DNA of 54,308 nucleotides from Alphaproteobacteria bacterium. GTDB lineage: Bacteria > Pseudomonadota > Alphaproteobacteria > RF32 > CAG-239. The stretch covers positions 1-54,308 of the forward strand of contig JAFUXW010000002.1 of NCBI GenBank assembly GCA_017477035.1, given 5' to 3'. Under the pieces are notes generated by a model. The model was not told the origin of the DNA and made no database searches. It worked only from the letters and a program-made list of their open reading frames with translations. The position numbers were made by a program, and so were the translations under genes. How positions within the stretch are numbered: position 1 is the first letter of the stretch; the number at the start of each line of letters is the position of its first letter. Of this stretch, positions 7,354 to 16,963 are shown one piece after another.

Positions 7354-8102
7354 GTTGGAAATTAGATGAAAATAATAATATTGTTTTAAAAGACGGTGAC
7401 CCGGTTTATGTTGACGCTAATGGTGTTGAAAAAACCGTTGGTGTTGATACCATAGCTCGATTGAACAACGAAGCTAAAGAGCATCGTATTGCTAAAGAAG
7501 ATGCTCTCGCTAAGTTAAAAGCTTATGAAGGTATCGACGCTCAAAAAGCTCGTGAAGCTTTGGAAACTGTTGCTAAACTTGATGCCAGTAAACTTATTGA
7601 CACAGGTGAAGTTGATAAACTTAAATCTCAAATTACACAGCAATTTCAATCGCAGTTAAATGAAAAAGACGCAGCTTTTACAGAATTGAAAGCTAAATAT
7701 GAGAATATGATTGTGGACAACGCGTTTGTGAATAGTGATTTTATTCGTAACAATGTAGCAGTACCGACCGATATGTTTGAAGCTAAATTCCGTAATAACT
7801 TTAAAGTTGAAAACGGCGATGTTGTAGCTTATGGTTATGATGGGTCACGTTTGATGAGTAAAACTCGCGCTGGTGAATATGCTACTGTTGAAGAAGCTAT
7901 GCAGATTTTAGCTGAAAGTCATCCACAAAAAGATATAATTCTTAAAGCTAATCCGGGTAGTGGTAGTGGCAGTGGCACAGGTGGTGGTTCTGCAGGCGGT
8001 GGTCGTTATATGAAACGGTCTGATTTTGAAAAATTATCACCTGTTCAACAAGCTGATATTGCTAATAAGATGAGAAAAGGCGAAATACAGTTGACAGATT
8101 AA
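7350..8102 (+). CDS. head scaffolding protein
   Basis: 250 aa, coiled-coil rich, Gly/Ser linker (GSGSGSGTGGGSAGGG), between portal and capsid genes. Confidence 0.55.
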   Translation: MSWKLDENNNIVLKDGDPVYVDANGVEKTVGVDTIARLNNEAKEHRIAKEDALAKLKAYEGIDAQKAREALETVAKLDASKLIDTGEVDKLKSQITQQFQSQLNEKDAAFTELKAKYENMIVDNAFVNSDFIRNNVAVPTDMFEAKFRNNFKVENGDVVAYGYDGSRLMSKTRAGEYATVEEAMQILAESHPQKDIILKANPGSGSGSGTGGGSAGGGRYMKRSDFEKLSPVQQADIANKMRKGEIQLTD

Positions 8103-8142
8103 AAAAAAGCTGTTAATGTGTAACTGCCTGTTTTGGATTAAA

Positions 8143-8203
8143 CAAGCGCATTAGGTTGGATAACCTCTTATTTTAATCGGTGCGCTTGTTTTTTTACGCA
8201 CCA
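8143..8203 (+). promoter_or_regulatory. structured RNA leader copy 1 (also a terminator-like hairpin)
   Basis: CAAGCGCA (8143-8150) pairs with TGCGCTTG (8181-8188) around hairpin AGGTT-GGAT-AACCT. T7 follows at 8189-8195. Alternative stem GGTGCG (8179-8184) / CGCACC (8197-8202). Blocks conserved at 12413-12473. Confidence 0.6.
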
Positions 8204-8244
8204 AATCAAAAATTAAATTAATTGAATATTGAAAGGTGCTTAAT

Positions 8245-9384
8245 ATGGGTAATGTTTTAACAAAAATGATTCCAGACCTTTATCAGGCCTTGGATGTTGT
8301 ATCTCGTGAATTAGTAGGTTTTATTCCGTCGGTCGCTCGTAACTCTAGCGCTGAGCGTGCTGCTGTGAATGAAGATATTATCGTTCCGGTAAGTGTTCCG
8401 CATAGCTTGGTAGATGTTGCTCCGGCAATGGCTGTTCCTGAACCGTCTGATTTTTCTGTTGACAACACAGTTGTAAAAATCACCAATTCTAAATCTTATT
8501 CTTTCGGTTTAACCGGTGAAGAATACCGTGGTTTAGAAAACGGTGTTGGAGCTAATTCAATTCTTCAAGGTAACATTGAGCAAGGTTTGCGTACTTTATG
8601 TAATCAAATCGAAACTGATATTGCTGCCGAAGCTGCTTTAGGTGGACACGTTTACGGTACTGCTGGTACTACTCCGTTTGCTTCTAACTTAGGCGACGCT
8701 GCTGAAATCCGTAAAATTTTGGATGATGCTGGCGCTCCTGCTGGTGAACGTTCTTTAGTTATCAACAGTTCGGCTGGTGTAAACTTGCGTAAATTAACTC
8801 AGTTGACCAACGTTGACAACGCTGGTACTTCTATGACACTTCGTCAAGGTGAGTTGTTAGACCTGTTTGGATTGTCTTTGAAAGAATCTGCTGGTATTAA
8901 AGCTTTCACAAAAGGTGATGCTGCCGGTTTGACAGTTGTTGCTGCTTCTAAAGGTGCTAAAGAATTGACAGTTAAGGCTGTTACTTCCGGTGCATTGAAA
9001 GTCGGTGATATTATCACAATCGCTGGTTCTTCTACAAAATACATTGTTTCAGAAGCTCCGGCAACTTTGGCTGCTAATGCTAAATTCAAAATCAACGTTG
9101 GTTTGGATGCAAACGCTGCTGAAGGTGCAGCTGTTACAATCGTTAACAACGGTTATCGCAACGTTGCTTTCACACGTGGTGCTATTCAGCTCGTTACACG
9201 TGCTCCAGCACTTCCGGGTGGTCGTGATTCGGCAATTGATAATTACATGTTGACCGACCCACGTTCAGGCTTGAGCTTTGAAGTTCGTATTTACGAAGGT
9301 TATCGTAAAATGCGTATGGAATTGGCTTGCGCTTGGGGTGTTAAGACGATTAAACCGGAACACGTTGCTGTTCTTTTGGGTTAA
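8245..9384 (+). CDS. major capsid protein
   Basis: Start moved to ATG 8245 (SD AAAGGTG). 379 aa after scaffold, followed by a hairpin. Composition typical of HK97-fold coat proteins. Confidence 0.75.
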   Translation: MGNVLTKMIPDLYQALDVVSRELVGFIPSVARNSSAERAAVNEDIIVPVSVPHSLVDVAPAMAVPEPSDFSVDNTVVKITNSKSYSFGLTGEEYRGLENGVGANSILQGNIEQGLRTLCNQIETDIAAEAALGGHVYGTAGTTPFASNLGDAAEIRKILDDAGAPAGERSLVINSSAGVNLRKLTQLTNVDNAGTSMTLRQGELLDLFGLSLKESAGIKAFTKGDAAGLTVVAASKGAKELTVKAVTSGALKVGDIITIAGSSTKYIVSEAPATLAANAKFKINVGLDANAAEGAAVTIVNNGYRNVAFTRGAIQLVTRAPALPGGRDSAIDNYMLTDPRSGLSFEVRIYEGYRKMRMELACAWGVKTIKPEHVAVLLG

Positions 9385-9391
9385 TAAAATC

Positions 9392-9422
9392 GGGCGGAGT
9401 TTACGCTCCGCCCAAAATTTTT
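9392..9422 (+). terminator. putative partial terminator after capsid gene
   Basis: GGGCGGAG (9392-9399) / CTCCGCCC (9406-9413), then AAAATTTTT (weak U-tract). Confidence 0.45.
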
Positions 9423-9435
9423 AAGGAGATTTCGA

Positions 9436-9633
9436 ATGTCTGGAGTTAACACAATTAAAGTTATGTATAAACCGGGTAAATATGAAATGGTTATCAACGA
9501 AGATGATTTCGATGATAAAATTCATGAAAAAATCAATGAAAAACCGGCAGAGGTTGAAAAACCGGCAAAAGGTAAAAAAGCCGAAGCTAAAAATATTGAT
9601 GACGAAGTTAAAGCTTTGATTGGAGAAGAATAA
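9436..9633 (+). CDS. hypothetical K/E-rich head-module protein (65 aa)
   Basis: AAGGAG SD at 9423; position after capsid gene. Confidence 0.55.
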   Translation: MSGVNTIKVMYKPGKYEMVINEDDFDDKIHEKINEKPAEVEKPAKGKKAEAKNIDDEVKALIGEE

Positions 9634-10139
9634 TGTTTTATGGTAACGCAGATGATTTCTTAACCTATTTGAGCGAAAGAGGCCAAGAGGTCTCTAACGA
9701 TTGGATGGAAGAAGATATTAACGCTGCGTTACTCGTAGCGTCTGAATGGTTAGATAGTCAATATGAGGATTTATGGATTGGTTACAAAGTAACGTTCGAA
9801 CAGGAACGGTCTTGGCCTCGTCAGAATGCAACCATCGCTGTATATCCTTATCATGTATATTCAAATAGTGATATTCCTGTTCAGGTAATTCAAGCGACTT
9901 ATGAAGCGGCCAAACGTGAATTAACTAAAAAAGGTTCTTTAATGGTTGATTATCTACCAACACAATATCAAAGCGTATCTATTTATAATGCTGTAACTGT
10001 TGAATATAAAGATTCAGTATCGTCCGCAGGAGATGTACAAATTCAAATTCCGATTATTCAGAATTTAATGAGTGTCCTTATTGATCCAAATAAAGGTGCA
10101 GATGGTAACGCTTTATCAGGTCGAGCTGTGAGGGTATAA
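9633..10139 (+). CDS. head-tail adaptor (DnaT-like / gp6-like connector)
   Basis: 168 aa. N-terminal DDFLTYLSERG..AALLVASEWLD pattern typical of adaptor proteins. Position fits. Confidence 0.5.
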   Translation: MFYGNADDFLTYLSERGQEVSNDWMEEDINAALLVASEWLDSQYEDLWIGYKVTFEQERSWPRQNATIAVYPYHVYSNSDIPVQVIQATYEAAKRELTKKGSLMVDYLPTQYQSVSIYNAVTVEYKDSVSSAGDVQIQIPIIQNLMSVLIDPNKGADGNALSGRAVRV

Positions 10140-10510
10140 TGGCTTTTTATGACGATATGCAGGAACTTGCAAGTTCGATAATGAAGAATTTTAAACAAGG
10201 TTCTGTTAAACTCATACAATATAAAGAAACAAAAGGTGGTACACTCGATGAGCCTTCAGAGATGGCTGAAAATGTATATGACCTTGATGCGACTGTGAGC
10301 GGTGTGAGTTATAAATATTTGATTAATAGTTATGCTGTCGCAAGTGATTTAACAGTTACAGCAGGTGTTATAAAAGGTGTAACACCGACAATAAATGATT
10401 TTATTGAAATTGAAGGTGTGAGACATAAAATTATTCGCGATATTTCAGCAGCACCTAATGCTGCCAGTAGTAAACCAATTGTATGGCGGTTCATCTGCCG
10501 TAAGGGGTAG
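10139..10510 (+). CDS. head closure / head-tail joining protein
   Basis: 123 aa, ATGA-coupled to the previous gene, position in connector module. Confidence 0.45.
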   Translation: MAFYDDMQELASSIMKNFKQGSVKLIQYKETKGGTLDEPSEMAENVYDLDATVSGVSYKYLINSYAVASDLTVTAGVIKGVTPTINDFIEIEGVRHKIIRDISAAPNAASSKPIVWRFICRKG

Positions 10511-10512
10511 AA

Positions 10513-11547
10513 ATGGCTACGACATTTGATAAATTTTATGCTTTACAAATCCCAGAAGTAAGGGATTTATTCATTGAAGCAATGAGAGATGTCTCTGACA
10601 ACGCTAACATTGAAGAAATGATTGAAGCTATTGAAACGAATGATATTGACCGATTAGTCCAAGCTAGTGGTTATAATGTTGTAGCGCTGAATAAAATCAT
10701 TGATAAAATTGAAGATATTTATGAACGTACCGGTAATATGATGGTGGACGGATGGCCGAGGCTACGCAATGCTTTTGGTCTTGTCACACCAGTTTTTAAC
10801 ATCCGTAATCCTACTGTTGAACAAGAATTGTCCGAGTTTTCATCACGTTTTGTTAAAGAAATAACTGATGAAATGCGTAAAAGTATTCAAGAGACTTTAA
10901 CCGATGGTATGATACGTGGTGTTAATCCACGTGAAACGGCTATTAACATTGTTGGTCGATATAACCCAATAACACATAAACGAATCGGAGGAACAATAGG
11001 ATTAGCAAGTAATCAAGTTAAATGGGTTAATAGCGCTCGTAGATATTTGCAAAATTTAGATGAGAGATATTTTACGTTAGGTTTGAGAGATAAACGATTC
11101 GATTCGATTGTTAAAAAAGCTATTGCTGAGGGTAAAAATTTAAGCAAAGAAAAAATAAGTCAATTAATAACGGCTTATGAGAGTAAAGCATTGAAGTATA
11201 GAGCTGATGCTATTGCTCGTACAGAAACCATACAAGCTATGAATAGGGCGGAGAGGGCTGCATTAGCTCAACAGATTGAAGAAGGATTAATAACTGCTGA
11301 TTTGATTACCAAATATTGGTCTAACAGCGCAGATGAACGCGTGCGGTTGTCTCATGTTGAATTAGGTCGCAGATATAATAAAGATAATCAAATAACTTTT
11401 AACGAACCTTTTGAAACAATGGACGGCTCTAAACTTTTATATCCGGGTGATACCTCTCTTGGCGCAGATCCTAGTGAAATTATACATTGTCGATGTAGAT
11501 GTATATATCGTGTTGATTTTGTAAAAGGAGTAAGAGACAATGGGTAA
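10513..11547 (+). CDS. minor head protein, Mu F / SPP1 gp7 family
   Basis: C-terminal SHVELGRRY...GADPSEIIHCRCRCIY matches the MuF-domain signature. Confidence 0.7.
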   Translation: MATTFDKFYALQIPEVRDLFIEAMRDVSDNANIEEMIEAIETNDIDRLVQASGYNVVALNKIIDKIEDIYERTGNMMVDGWPRLRNAFGLVTPVFNIRNPTVEQELSEFSSRFVKEITDEMRKSIQETLTDGMIRGVNPRETAINIVGRYNPITHKRIGGTIGLASNQVKWVNSARRYLQNLDERYFTLGLRDKRFDSIVKKAIAEGKNLSKEKISQLITAYESKALKYRADAIARTETIQAMNRAERAALAQQIEEGLITADLITKYWSNSADERVRLSHVELGRRYNKDNQITFNEPFETMDGSKLLYPGDTSLGADPSEIIHCRCRCIYRVDFVKGVRDNG

Positions 11548-11992
11548 ATTTGATTTTAATAAAGATTTTAATGTTAAAATGGATAAAATTATAGCTAACA
11601 CTAAGGAAAAAATGTTTGCTGTATTCAAAGATAGTTTTCAAGATGTAATTGAAGAAGCTAGTACTCCGGTAGCGTCAGGTGGTAAAATGAGAGTTGATAC
11701 AGGTTTTTTACGATCAACTGGTTCAGGTGCTCTTAATGCATTACCGAGAGGTGAATCGGAAGGTCGTAAAAGATTACCCGGAGAAATCGGTGTTTTACCA
11801 GAATATAGTAATTATGATTTCACAAACAGTTTACAATCTCTATTGTTACAAATGAAACCTGATAATACAATTTATTGGGGTTGGAGCGCAAATTATGCTA
11901 AATATAGGGAATTATACGATGGTTTTTTAATATCAGCTTGTCAAAATTGGAAAAGTTATGTTGAGAATAACACAAGGAGATTGAAGAAATGA
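11540..11992 (+). CDS. HK97 gp10-like tail completion protein
   Basis: VDTGFLRSTG motif, 150 aa, position before tail terminator. Confidence 0.55.
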   Translation: MGKFDFNKDFNVKMDKIIANTKEKMFAVFKDSFQDVIEEASTPVASGGKMRVDTGFLRSTGSGALNALPRGESEGRKRLPGEIGVLPEYSNYDFTNSLQSLLLQMKPDNTIYWGWSANYAKYRELYDGFLISACQNWKSYVENNTRRLKK

Positions 11993-12402
11993 TTGAGTCT
12001 AAAATTATAAAATGTTTACAGGAAAGAGCTGTTAAAGTTATCAACGATAAAAATATTAAATGTCTTAATATTAATTATGATCCACCTGTGGATAAAAAAT
12101 GGTGGGAAGTAGTTTATATACCTAATAATATCGAAAATGAATTTTGGGCAGATACAGCTAAAACATACAGAGGTATTTTTAGATTGGTGTTACATTGGCC
12201 TCAAAAAAGTCAAGGTATTTATAAACCGCTTGAAGAAGCCGAGAGAGTTGCACAAGGATTTCAAAAAAACACAGTTTTATATTCAGAAGATAAAACTGTT
12301 AAAGTTACAATAACAGATACACCAAGCATTACAAGCATATTGGAAGATAGACCGCAATTAATGATAGGGTTGACAATTAAATATTCTTGTTTTAATATGT
12401 AA
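11989..12402 (+). CDS. tail terminator-like protein
   Basis: 137 aa immediately before the major tail gene; YRGIFRLVLHWPQKSQG resembles DUF4128-type terminators. Confidence 0.45.
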   Translation: MIESKIIKCLQERAVKVINDKNIKCLNINYDPPVDKKWWEVVYIPNNIENEFWADTAKTYRGIFRLVLHWPQKSQGIYKPLEEAERVAQGFQKNTVLYSEDKTVKVTITDTPSITSILEDRPQLMIGLTIKYSCFNM

Positions 12403-12412
12403 TTGCTTTTAA

Positions 12413-12473
12413 TGAGCGCGCTAGGTTGGATAACCTAATATATTCATTAACCGGTGCGCTTGATTACGCACCA
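12413..12473 (+). promoter_or_regulatory. structured RNA leader copy 2
   Basis: TGAGCGCG / TGCGCTTG stem (G-U compensated), identical TAGGTTGGATAACCT hairpin, GGTGCG / CGCACC alternative stem, same SD context GAAAGGTGCTTAACATGG. Confidence 0.6.
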
Positions 12474-12499
12474 TAGATAACAAAAGAAAGGTGCTTAAC

Positions 12500-13252
12500 A
12501 TGGCTAATACAAACGCGTTTTCAAAATGGTACGTATGCGAAACTCCGCAAAACAATAACCTTACGCTTTCAGATTACGCTAGTTTAACATGGACATTAAT
12601 TTCCAAAGTTGGTAATGTTGGTGAAACTGGTAAATCTACAAACGTTTTAACTTATAACACATGGGACACTGAAGTTGCTGATAAAGCTAAAGGTATTACT
12701 GACGCTGGTTCTCCGACGATTGAAGTGGCTCGTGAACCTGATGATGCAGGACAAGAAATTCTTAGAGCTGCTGCTGCTGTTGGTAACAATAATAAATATG
12801 CTTTCAAAGAGGAAAGAGCTGATGGGCCTATTGGGGGTACCGGAACGATTTTTTACAATCGTGGTATTGTAGCTGGCCCGACACGCCCGAATGGTGGAAA
12901 TGAAGATTTCGACCTTGAAGTATTTACACTTGGTCTTGTACAAGAGGAAATCATTGTTAAACCGACTACTGGTACTGATGCTCCTGTTATGACTGCCGCT
13001 CCGGTAATCAGTGGTACTGCAGAAGTTGGTGAAACATTAACGTGCTCTACAGGAACCTTTACTGGTACAGGGAACACTTACGATTATCAATGGTTTGCAA
13101 ATGGTCTCGCTGTACAAGATGCTACAAGTAACACTGTAGAATTGACCACTGCAGATGTTGGTAAAATCTTTTCTTGCCGTGTAATGGCTACCAATGCTGG
13201 CGGAAATGCTTTCGGTTTTTCTAACACGACATCCGCTGTTGTTGCTGGATAA
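12500..13252 (+). CDS. major tail tube protein with C-terminal Ig-like domain
   Basis: Start moved to ATG 12500. C-terminal ISGTAEVGETLTCSTGTFTG..YDYQWFANG..ATSNTVELTTADVGKIFSCRVMATNAGG is a classic Ig-like repeat. Confidence 0.75.
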   Translation: MANTNAFSKWYVCETPQNNNLTLSDYASLTWTLISKVGNVGETGKSTNVLTYNTWDTEVADKAKGITDAGSPTIEVAREPDDAGQEILRAAAAVGNNNKYAFKEERADGPIGGTGTIFYNRGIVAGPTRPNGGNEDFDLEVFTLGLVQEEIIVKPTTGTDAPVMTAAPVISGTAEVGETLTCSTGTFTGTGNTYDYQWFANGLAVQDATSNTVELTTADVGKIFSCRVMATNAGGNAFGFSNTTSAVVAG

Positions 13253-13270
13253 TAAATTAGGAGGTTTCAA

Positions 13271-13648
13271 ATGGATATTAGCACTCTCATTCCGAATGAA
13301 CGAATTATTGAAATTAAACACCCTGCTAATGATGAAAATTTAGGCATTAGAGTTACGATTGTTTCGTTGAATGATAATAAAACTAAACAGATTCGCAGGC
13401 AGTTTATAAATAAAAGACTTGAACTTGAAAAAAAAGGTAAAAGTTTCAGAGCTGATGATATTGAAGAAAACGAAATTGATTTGTTAATTGCTTCAATGAC
13501 TGGTTGGGATTGGTATAACGCTGATTTTCACGGTGAAAAACTTGAATTTAATGAAAATAACGTTAAAAAAGTTTTTCGTGAACTTCCATGGTTTAAAGAT
13601 CAAGTATCGGAGGCTGTCAGTGACGAAAAGGCTTTTTTTCAAAGTTAA
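13271..13648 (+). CDS. tail assembly chaperone (lambda gpG analogue)
   Basis: 125 aa between tail tube and tape measure; ends just after the T7 slippery run. Confidence 0.7.
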   Translation: MDISTLIPNERIIEIKHPANDENLGIRVTIVSLNDNKTKQIRRQFINKRLELEKKGKSFRADDIEENEIDLLIASMTGWDWYNADFHGEKLEFNENNVKKVFRELPWFKDQVSEAVSDEKAFFQS

Positions 13649-14049
13649 AAGCTGGATTAGTGGAGGCCGTTAGAGTTTATGCTCGATACGACCTCCCTAA
13701 CGAAAAAGGTGAGACTAGACGTGAGAGAAATTTAAGATTCGGTTACGGTAAGTCTCCTGAATTTGAAATACCTCCGGGTGGTGAATATCTTTGGGATTTA
13801 TTTGCAAAATTATCGACAGTTATTCACAGGGTAGATTTCAACGGTTATTATTATAGTTTTCCACCTTCTGAAATATTAGCATGGTGCGAACTTGCAAATG
13901 TTGATATAACAAGTGGAGAATATGAAATTATCTCAGCGATGGATAATGTTTTTTGCAAAGAGATAAACGAAGATAGAAGTGCTGCTTATTCTCGTAAACT
14001 TGATGAACAAAAGCAGGAAATGGAAAAAAAGTCTAAACGTAGGAGATGA
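13271..14049 (+). CDS. tail assembly chaperone fusion (gpGT analogue) made by -1 frameshift at 13633-13639
   Basis: ORF 13660-14049 is open from 13639 in the -1 frame relative to 13271-13648. Confidence 0.65.
13633..13639 (+). promoter_or_regulatory. -1 programmed frameshift slippery heptamer T TTT TTT
   Basis: GCT TTT TTT CAA AGT TAA in frame 0; the -1 frame reads TCA AAG TTA AAA GCT GGA TTA GTG GAG into the downstream ORF. Confidence 0.65.
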
Positions 14050-14051
14050 TA

Positions 14052-16133
14052 ATGGCTGACGTAGCTGAAGTTATTGTAAAAGGTAATGCTGATTTTAAAA
14101 ATGCCAATGCCAGTTTAGATGCTTTTAATAATAAAGCTAGTAAATCCGCAAAAAAAGCTGATTTACTTAACGCTTCTATCGGAAAAATGTCAGACACGAT
14201 GGAAATGTTGTCTGGTGATTTTAAAAATGTATCAAATACGTTAGCTCAAGGTTTTGATAGTTTAGGTAAAAAACTTGATACTCAAATACAACGTTTTGAT
14301 AGACTTAGTAAATCAATTAGAAATGCTAAACAACAACATAAAGAATTTAGTAAAGTTCAAAAAGAATCTGCAGCAATGGCTGATAAGATGACGGGTAATA
14401 CCACTCGTGGCGCAGCTCAAGCGAATCGGTTTAACAGCGGAAACTTTTTAGCACAATTTCAGGACATTGCTGTTACTTCAGCAATGGGCATGAATCCTAT
14501 GTTAATAGCTATGCAGCAAGGTACACAATTACAATATATTTTAGCGCAAAGTAAAGCACCGTTGAAAGATTTTATCGCAGGTTTAAAATCCGCTTTTTCT
14601 ATGACAGGTTTGTTGGCAATAGGTTTAACAGGTGTTGTCGCAGCTCTTATTCAAATGGTTGATTGGACAAAGGTAACTGAGACAGTTACCAAAGGTCTTG
14701 CGATTACTTTTAAAGCTTTAAGGATGACTAAAATAGCAAAATGGTTCGAGAATTTAATAGATTATTCTAAAGAAGCATGGGGAGCCATTAAAAATTTATT
14801 AAATGTATCTAAAGACTTTAATAATGAAATGGATGATTTATTAGATAAAAATTTTCTTCTTGAAACAGAATTGTTAAATCCTCAAGGTTTGAATGAAAAA
14901 GAATTACAAGAGTATATATATACTCAAGAAAAATATGGTAAATTATTAAAGGATTTAGATAAACAAAGAAGTTCTTTCGTAAACGATTTGTTATCAAAAA
15001 ATTTATCAGATGAAAAATATAACGAGATTTATAATGCTTATATGAAAGATTACGAAATCGAACGTCAAGATGCTTGGTTAAAAGCTCAAGATTGGGCTAC
15101 TGCTAAAATAAAAAATGATGAATTAAAAAAAGCGCTTGACGCACGTAATGAATCACAGAAAAAATCTCTTAGTTTAACAAAAAGTGAAAAAACTGAAGTA
15201 GATAAAGTTGCTCAAGCATGGGATGATCTTCAAAAATCTTCTCAAAATAAGATTGATGACCTTATTACACAACGTTCACTTATTGGTGCTGGTAGTTACG
15301 AGAAAACTTATGTAGAAACTTTAACTAATTTAAAACGTGAAGCAGAAAACGCAGGTATTGATTTATATTCCACCGCAAACGGTAAAACCATATATGATAC
15401 TTTAAATGAGAACGCTCAAGCCACCGCTGCTTTAACTGAAGAAAATGAACGATTAAACGCTTCTTATGAGTTTACTAAATCAACTGTTAAAGGATTTTTC
15501 AGTGATATGCGTCAAGGATTACGTGATGGTCAGTCAGCATGGGAAACGTTTGGAAATGCTGTTACCAATGTTTTGGATAAAATCCTTGATAAAATAATGG
15601 ATATGGGTGTAGATGCTTTATTTACAGCCGGCACAGGTTATTTTGGTAAATCAGCAATGAGCGGTTTCGGTATGTTTGGTGGCTTGGGTGCTGGTACAAA
15701 TACTACAGGTATTGGCGGTCTTAAAGTCGGTCAAAGCTCTGGTAATTTAACGTATCTTGGTAATGTCGCAGGTGCAGCCAATGGTGGTGTATTTTCTAAT
15801 GGTATTTACAGTTCACCGACATTATTTAAATTTGCCAAAGGTGGTAAATTTGGTGTAATGGGTGAAGCCGGGCCTGAAGCGGTTATGCCTTTGAAACGCG
15901 CACCGGATGGTTCTCTTGGTGTACGTGCAGATAATTCAAATGCGTCACCGGTAGTCGTCAACGTTATTAACAATTCTAATGCTCAAGCAAAAGTAGAACA
16001 ACGTCAAACTTCTCAAGGTATGGAAATTGATGTTATGATAGACCAATTGGTAGCTGAAAAAATGAGTCAACCGGGTACATCATCTAATAATGCTTTAAGA
16101 GCTTTCAATAATCAAAAACTTATAGCGAGGTAA
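14052..16133 (+). CDS. tape measure protein
   Basis: 693 aa, coiled-coil, central TM/Gly-rich segments, follows the G/GT pair; start at ATG 14052 (AGGAG 14041). Confidence 0.85.
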   Translation: MADVAEVIVKGNADFKNANASLDAFNNKASKSAKKADLLNASIGKMSDTMEMLSGDFKNVSNTLAQGFDSLGKKLDTQIQRFDRLSKSIRNAKQQHKEFSKVQKESAAMADKMTGNTTRGAAQANRFNSGNFLAQFQDIAVTSAMGMNPMLIAMQQGTQLQYILAQSKAPLKDFIAGLKSAFSMTGLLAIGLTGVVAALIQMVDWTKVTETVTKGLAITFKALRMTKIAKWFENLIDYSKEAWGAIKNLLNVSKDFNNEMDDLLDKNFLLETELLNPQGLNEKELQEYIYTQEKYGKLLKDLDKQRSSFVNDLLSKNLSDEKYNEIYNAYMKDYEIERQDAWLKAQDWATAKIKNDELKKALDARNESQKKSLSLTKSEKTEVDKVAQAWDDLQKSSQNKIDDLITQRSLIGAGSYEKTYVETLTNLKREAENAGIDLYSTANGKTIYDTLNENAQATAALTEENERLNASYEFTKSTVKGFFSDMRQGLRDGQSAWETFGNAVTNVLDKILDKIMDMGVDALFTAGTGYFGKSAMSGFGMFGGLGAGTNTTGIGGLKVGQSSGNLTYLGNVAGAANGGVFSNGIYSSPTLFKFAKGGKFGVMGEAGPEAVMPLKRAPDGSLGVRADNSNASPVVVNVINNSNAQAKVEQRQTSQGMEIDVMIDQLVAEKMSQPGTSSNNALRAFNNQKLIAR

Positions 16134-16136
16134 AAT

Positions 16137-16469
16137 ATGGCAACATGGCCTAGTAAATTTAAAATTTTGAGAGATAACTTTACAGAAAGTTTACCTGATA
16201 GAGTTATAAGTTCTAATATGGATGTAGGACCGGCTAAAAAACGCCGTAGAACGATTTTAACTTCATACAGGATAAATTTAACAACAATCATTGCTATGAG
16301 CGATGTAGACGAATTTAGACAGTTTTATCTTGATAATGATGTAAGTGTATTTGATTTTGTGCATCCTAGAACTAATCAAATTGTTCAAGCTCGATTCGCT
16401 TCTGTACCATCGCCAACATTAAATGAAACTTATTATACTGCATCGGTGGAATTGGAGATAATGCCATGA
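16137..16469 (+). CDS. minor tail protein (lambda gpM position)
   Basis: 110 aa directly after the tape measure gene. Confidence 0.5.
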   Translation: MATWPSKFKILRDNFTESLPDRVISSNMDVGPAKKRRRTILTSYRINLTTIIAMSDVDEFRQFYLDNDVSVFDFVHPRTNQIVQARFASVPSPTLNETYYTASVELEIMP

Positions 16470-16963
16470 TAAGTGATAATTTAAGACAGGCTGCTTATGC
16501 GCAAGAAACAGATGTAGCAGTTATAGTATTATTAACCCTTAGCACTCCTGATTTACCTGACAGTATTAGGGTTTGTAATGTTCCGGTTGAAAAATTTACT
16601 GATCTAGGTGATAATGTTTACGGGGTTATAAGTAATAGTCAACGTTATCTTTTTTTACCTTTTGATATAGAATTACCTCAAGATGATAAAACTGGTGCTG
16701 TTACTGCCAAGTTAACAATTGATAACGTTAATCGTCAGATAGTACAGTATGCAAGAGAAACTAAAAAACCTATCAATGTTAATATACAAGTTGTTTTATC
16801 AAACGATTTGGATTATGTTGAATTAGAATCGAATGATTTTAAGTTGTCTAATGTTACTTACGACGGTTTTAGTGTTAGTGGTAATTTAACAATTGATTAC
16901 CTTGGTTTAGAGCCTTTTCCTTGTGGACGTTTTACACCTTCTGGGTTTAAAGGATTATTTTAA
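16466..16963 (+). CDS. minor tail protein (gpL-like)
   Basis: 165 aa, ATGA-coupled, position between M-like and K-like genes. Confidence 0.55.
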   Translation: MISDNLRQAAYAQETDVAVIVLLTLSTPDLPDSIRVCNVPVEKFTDLGDNVYGVISNSQRYLFLPFDIELPQDDKTGAVTAKLTIDNVNRQIVQYARETKKPINVNIQVVLSNDLDYVELESNDFKLSNVTYDGFSVSGNLTIDYLGLEPFPCGRFTPSGFKGLF

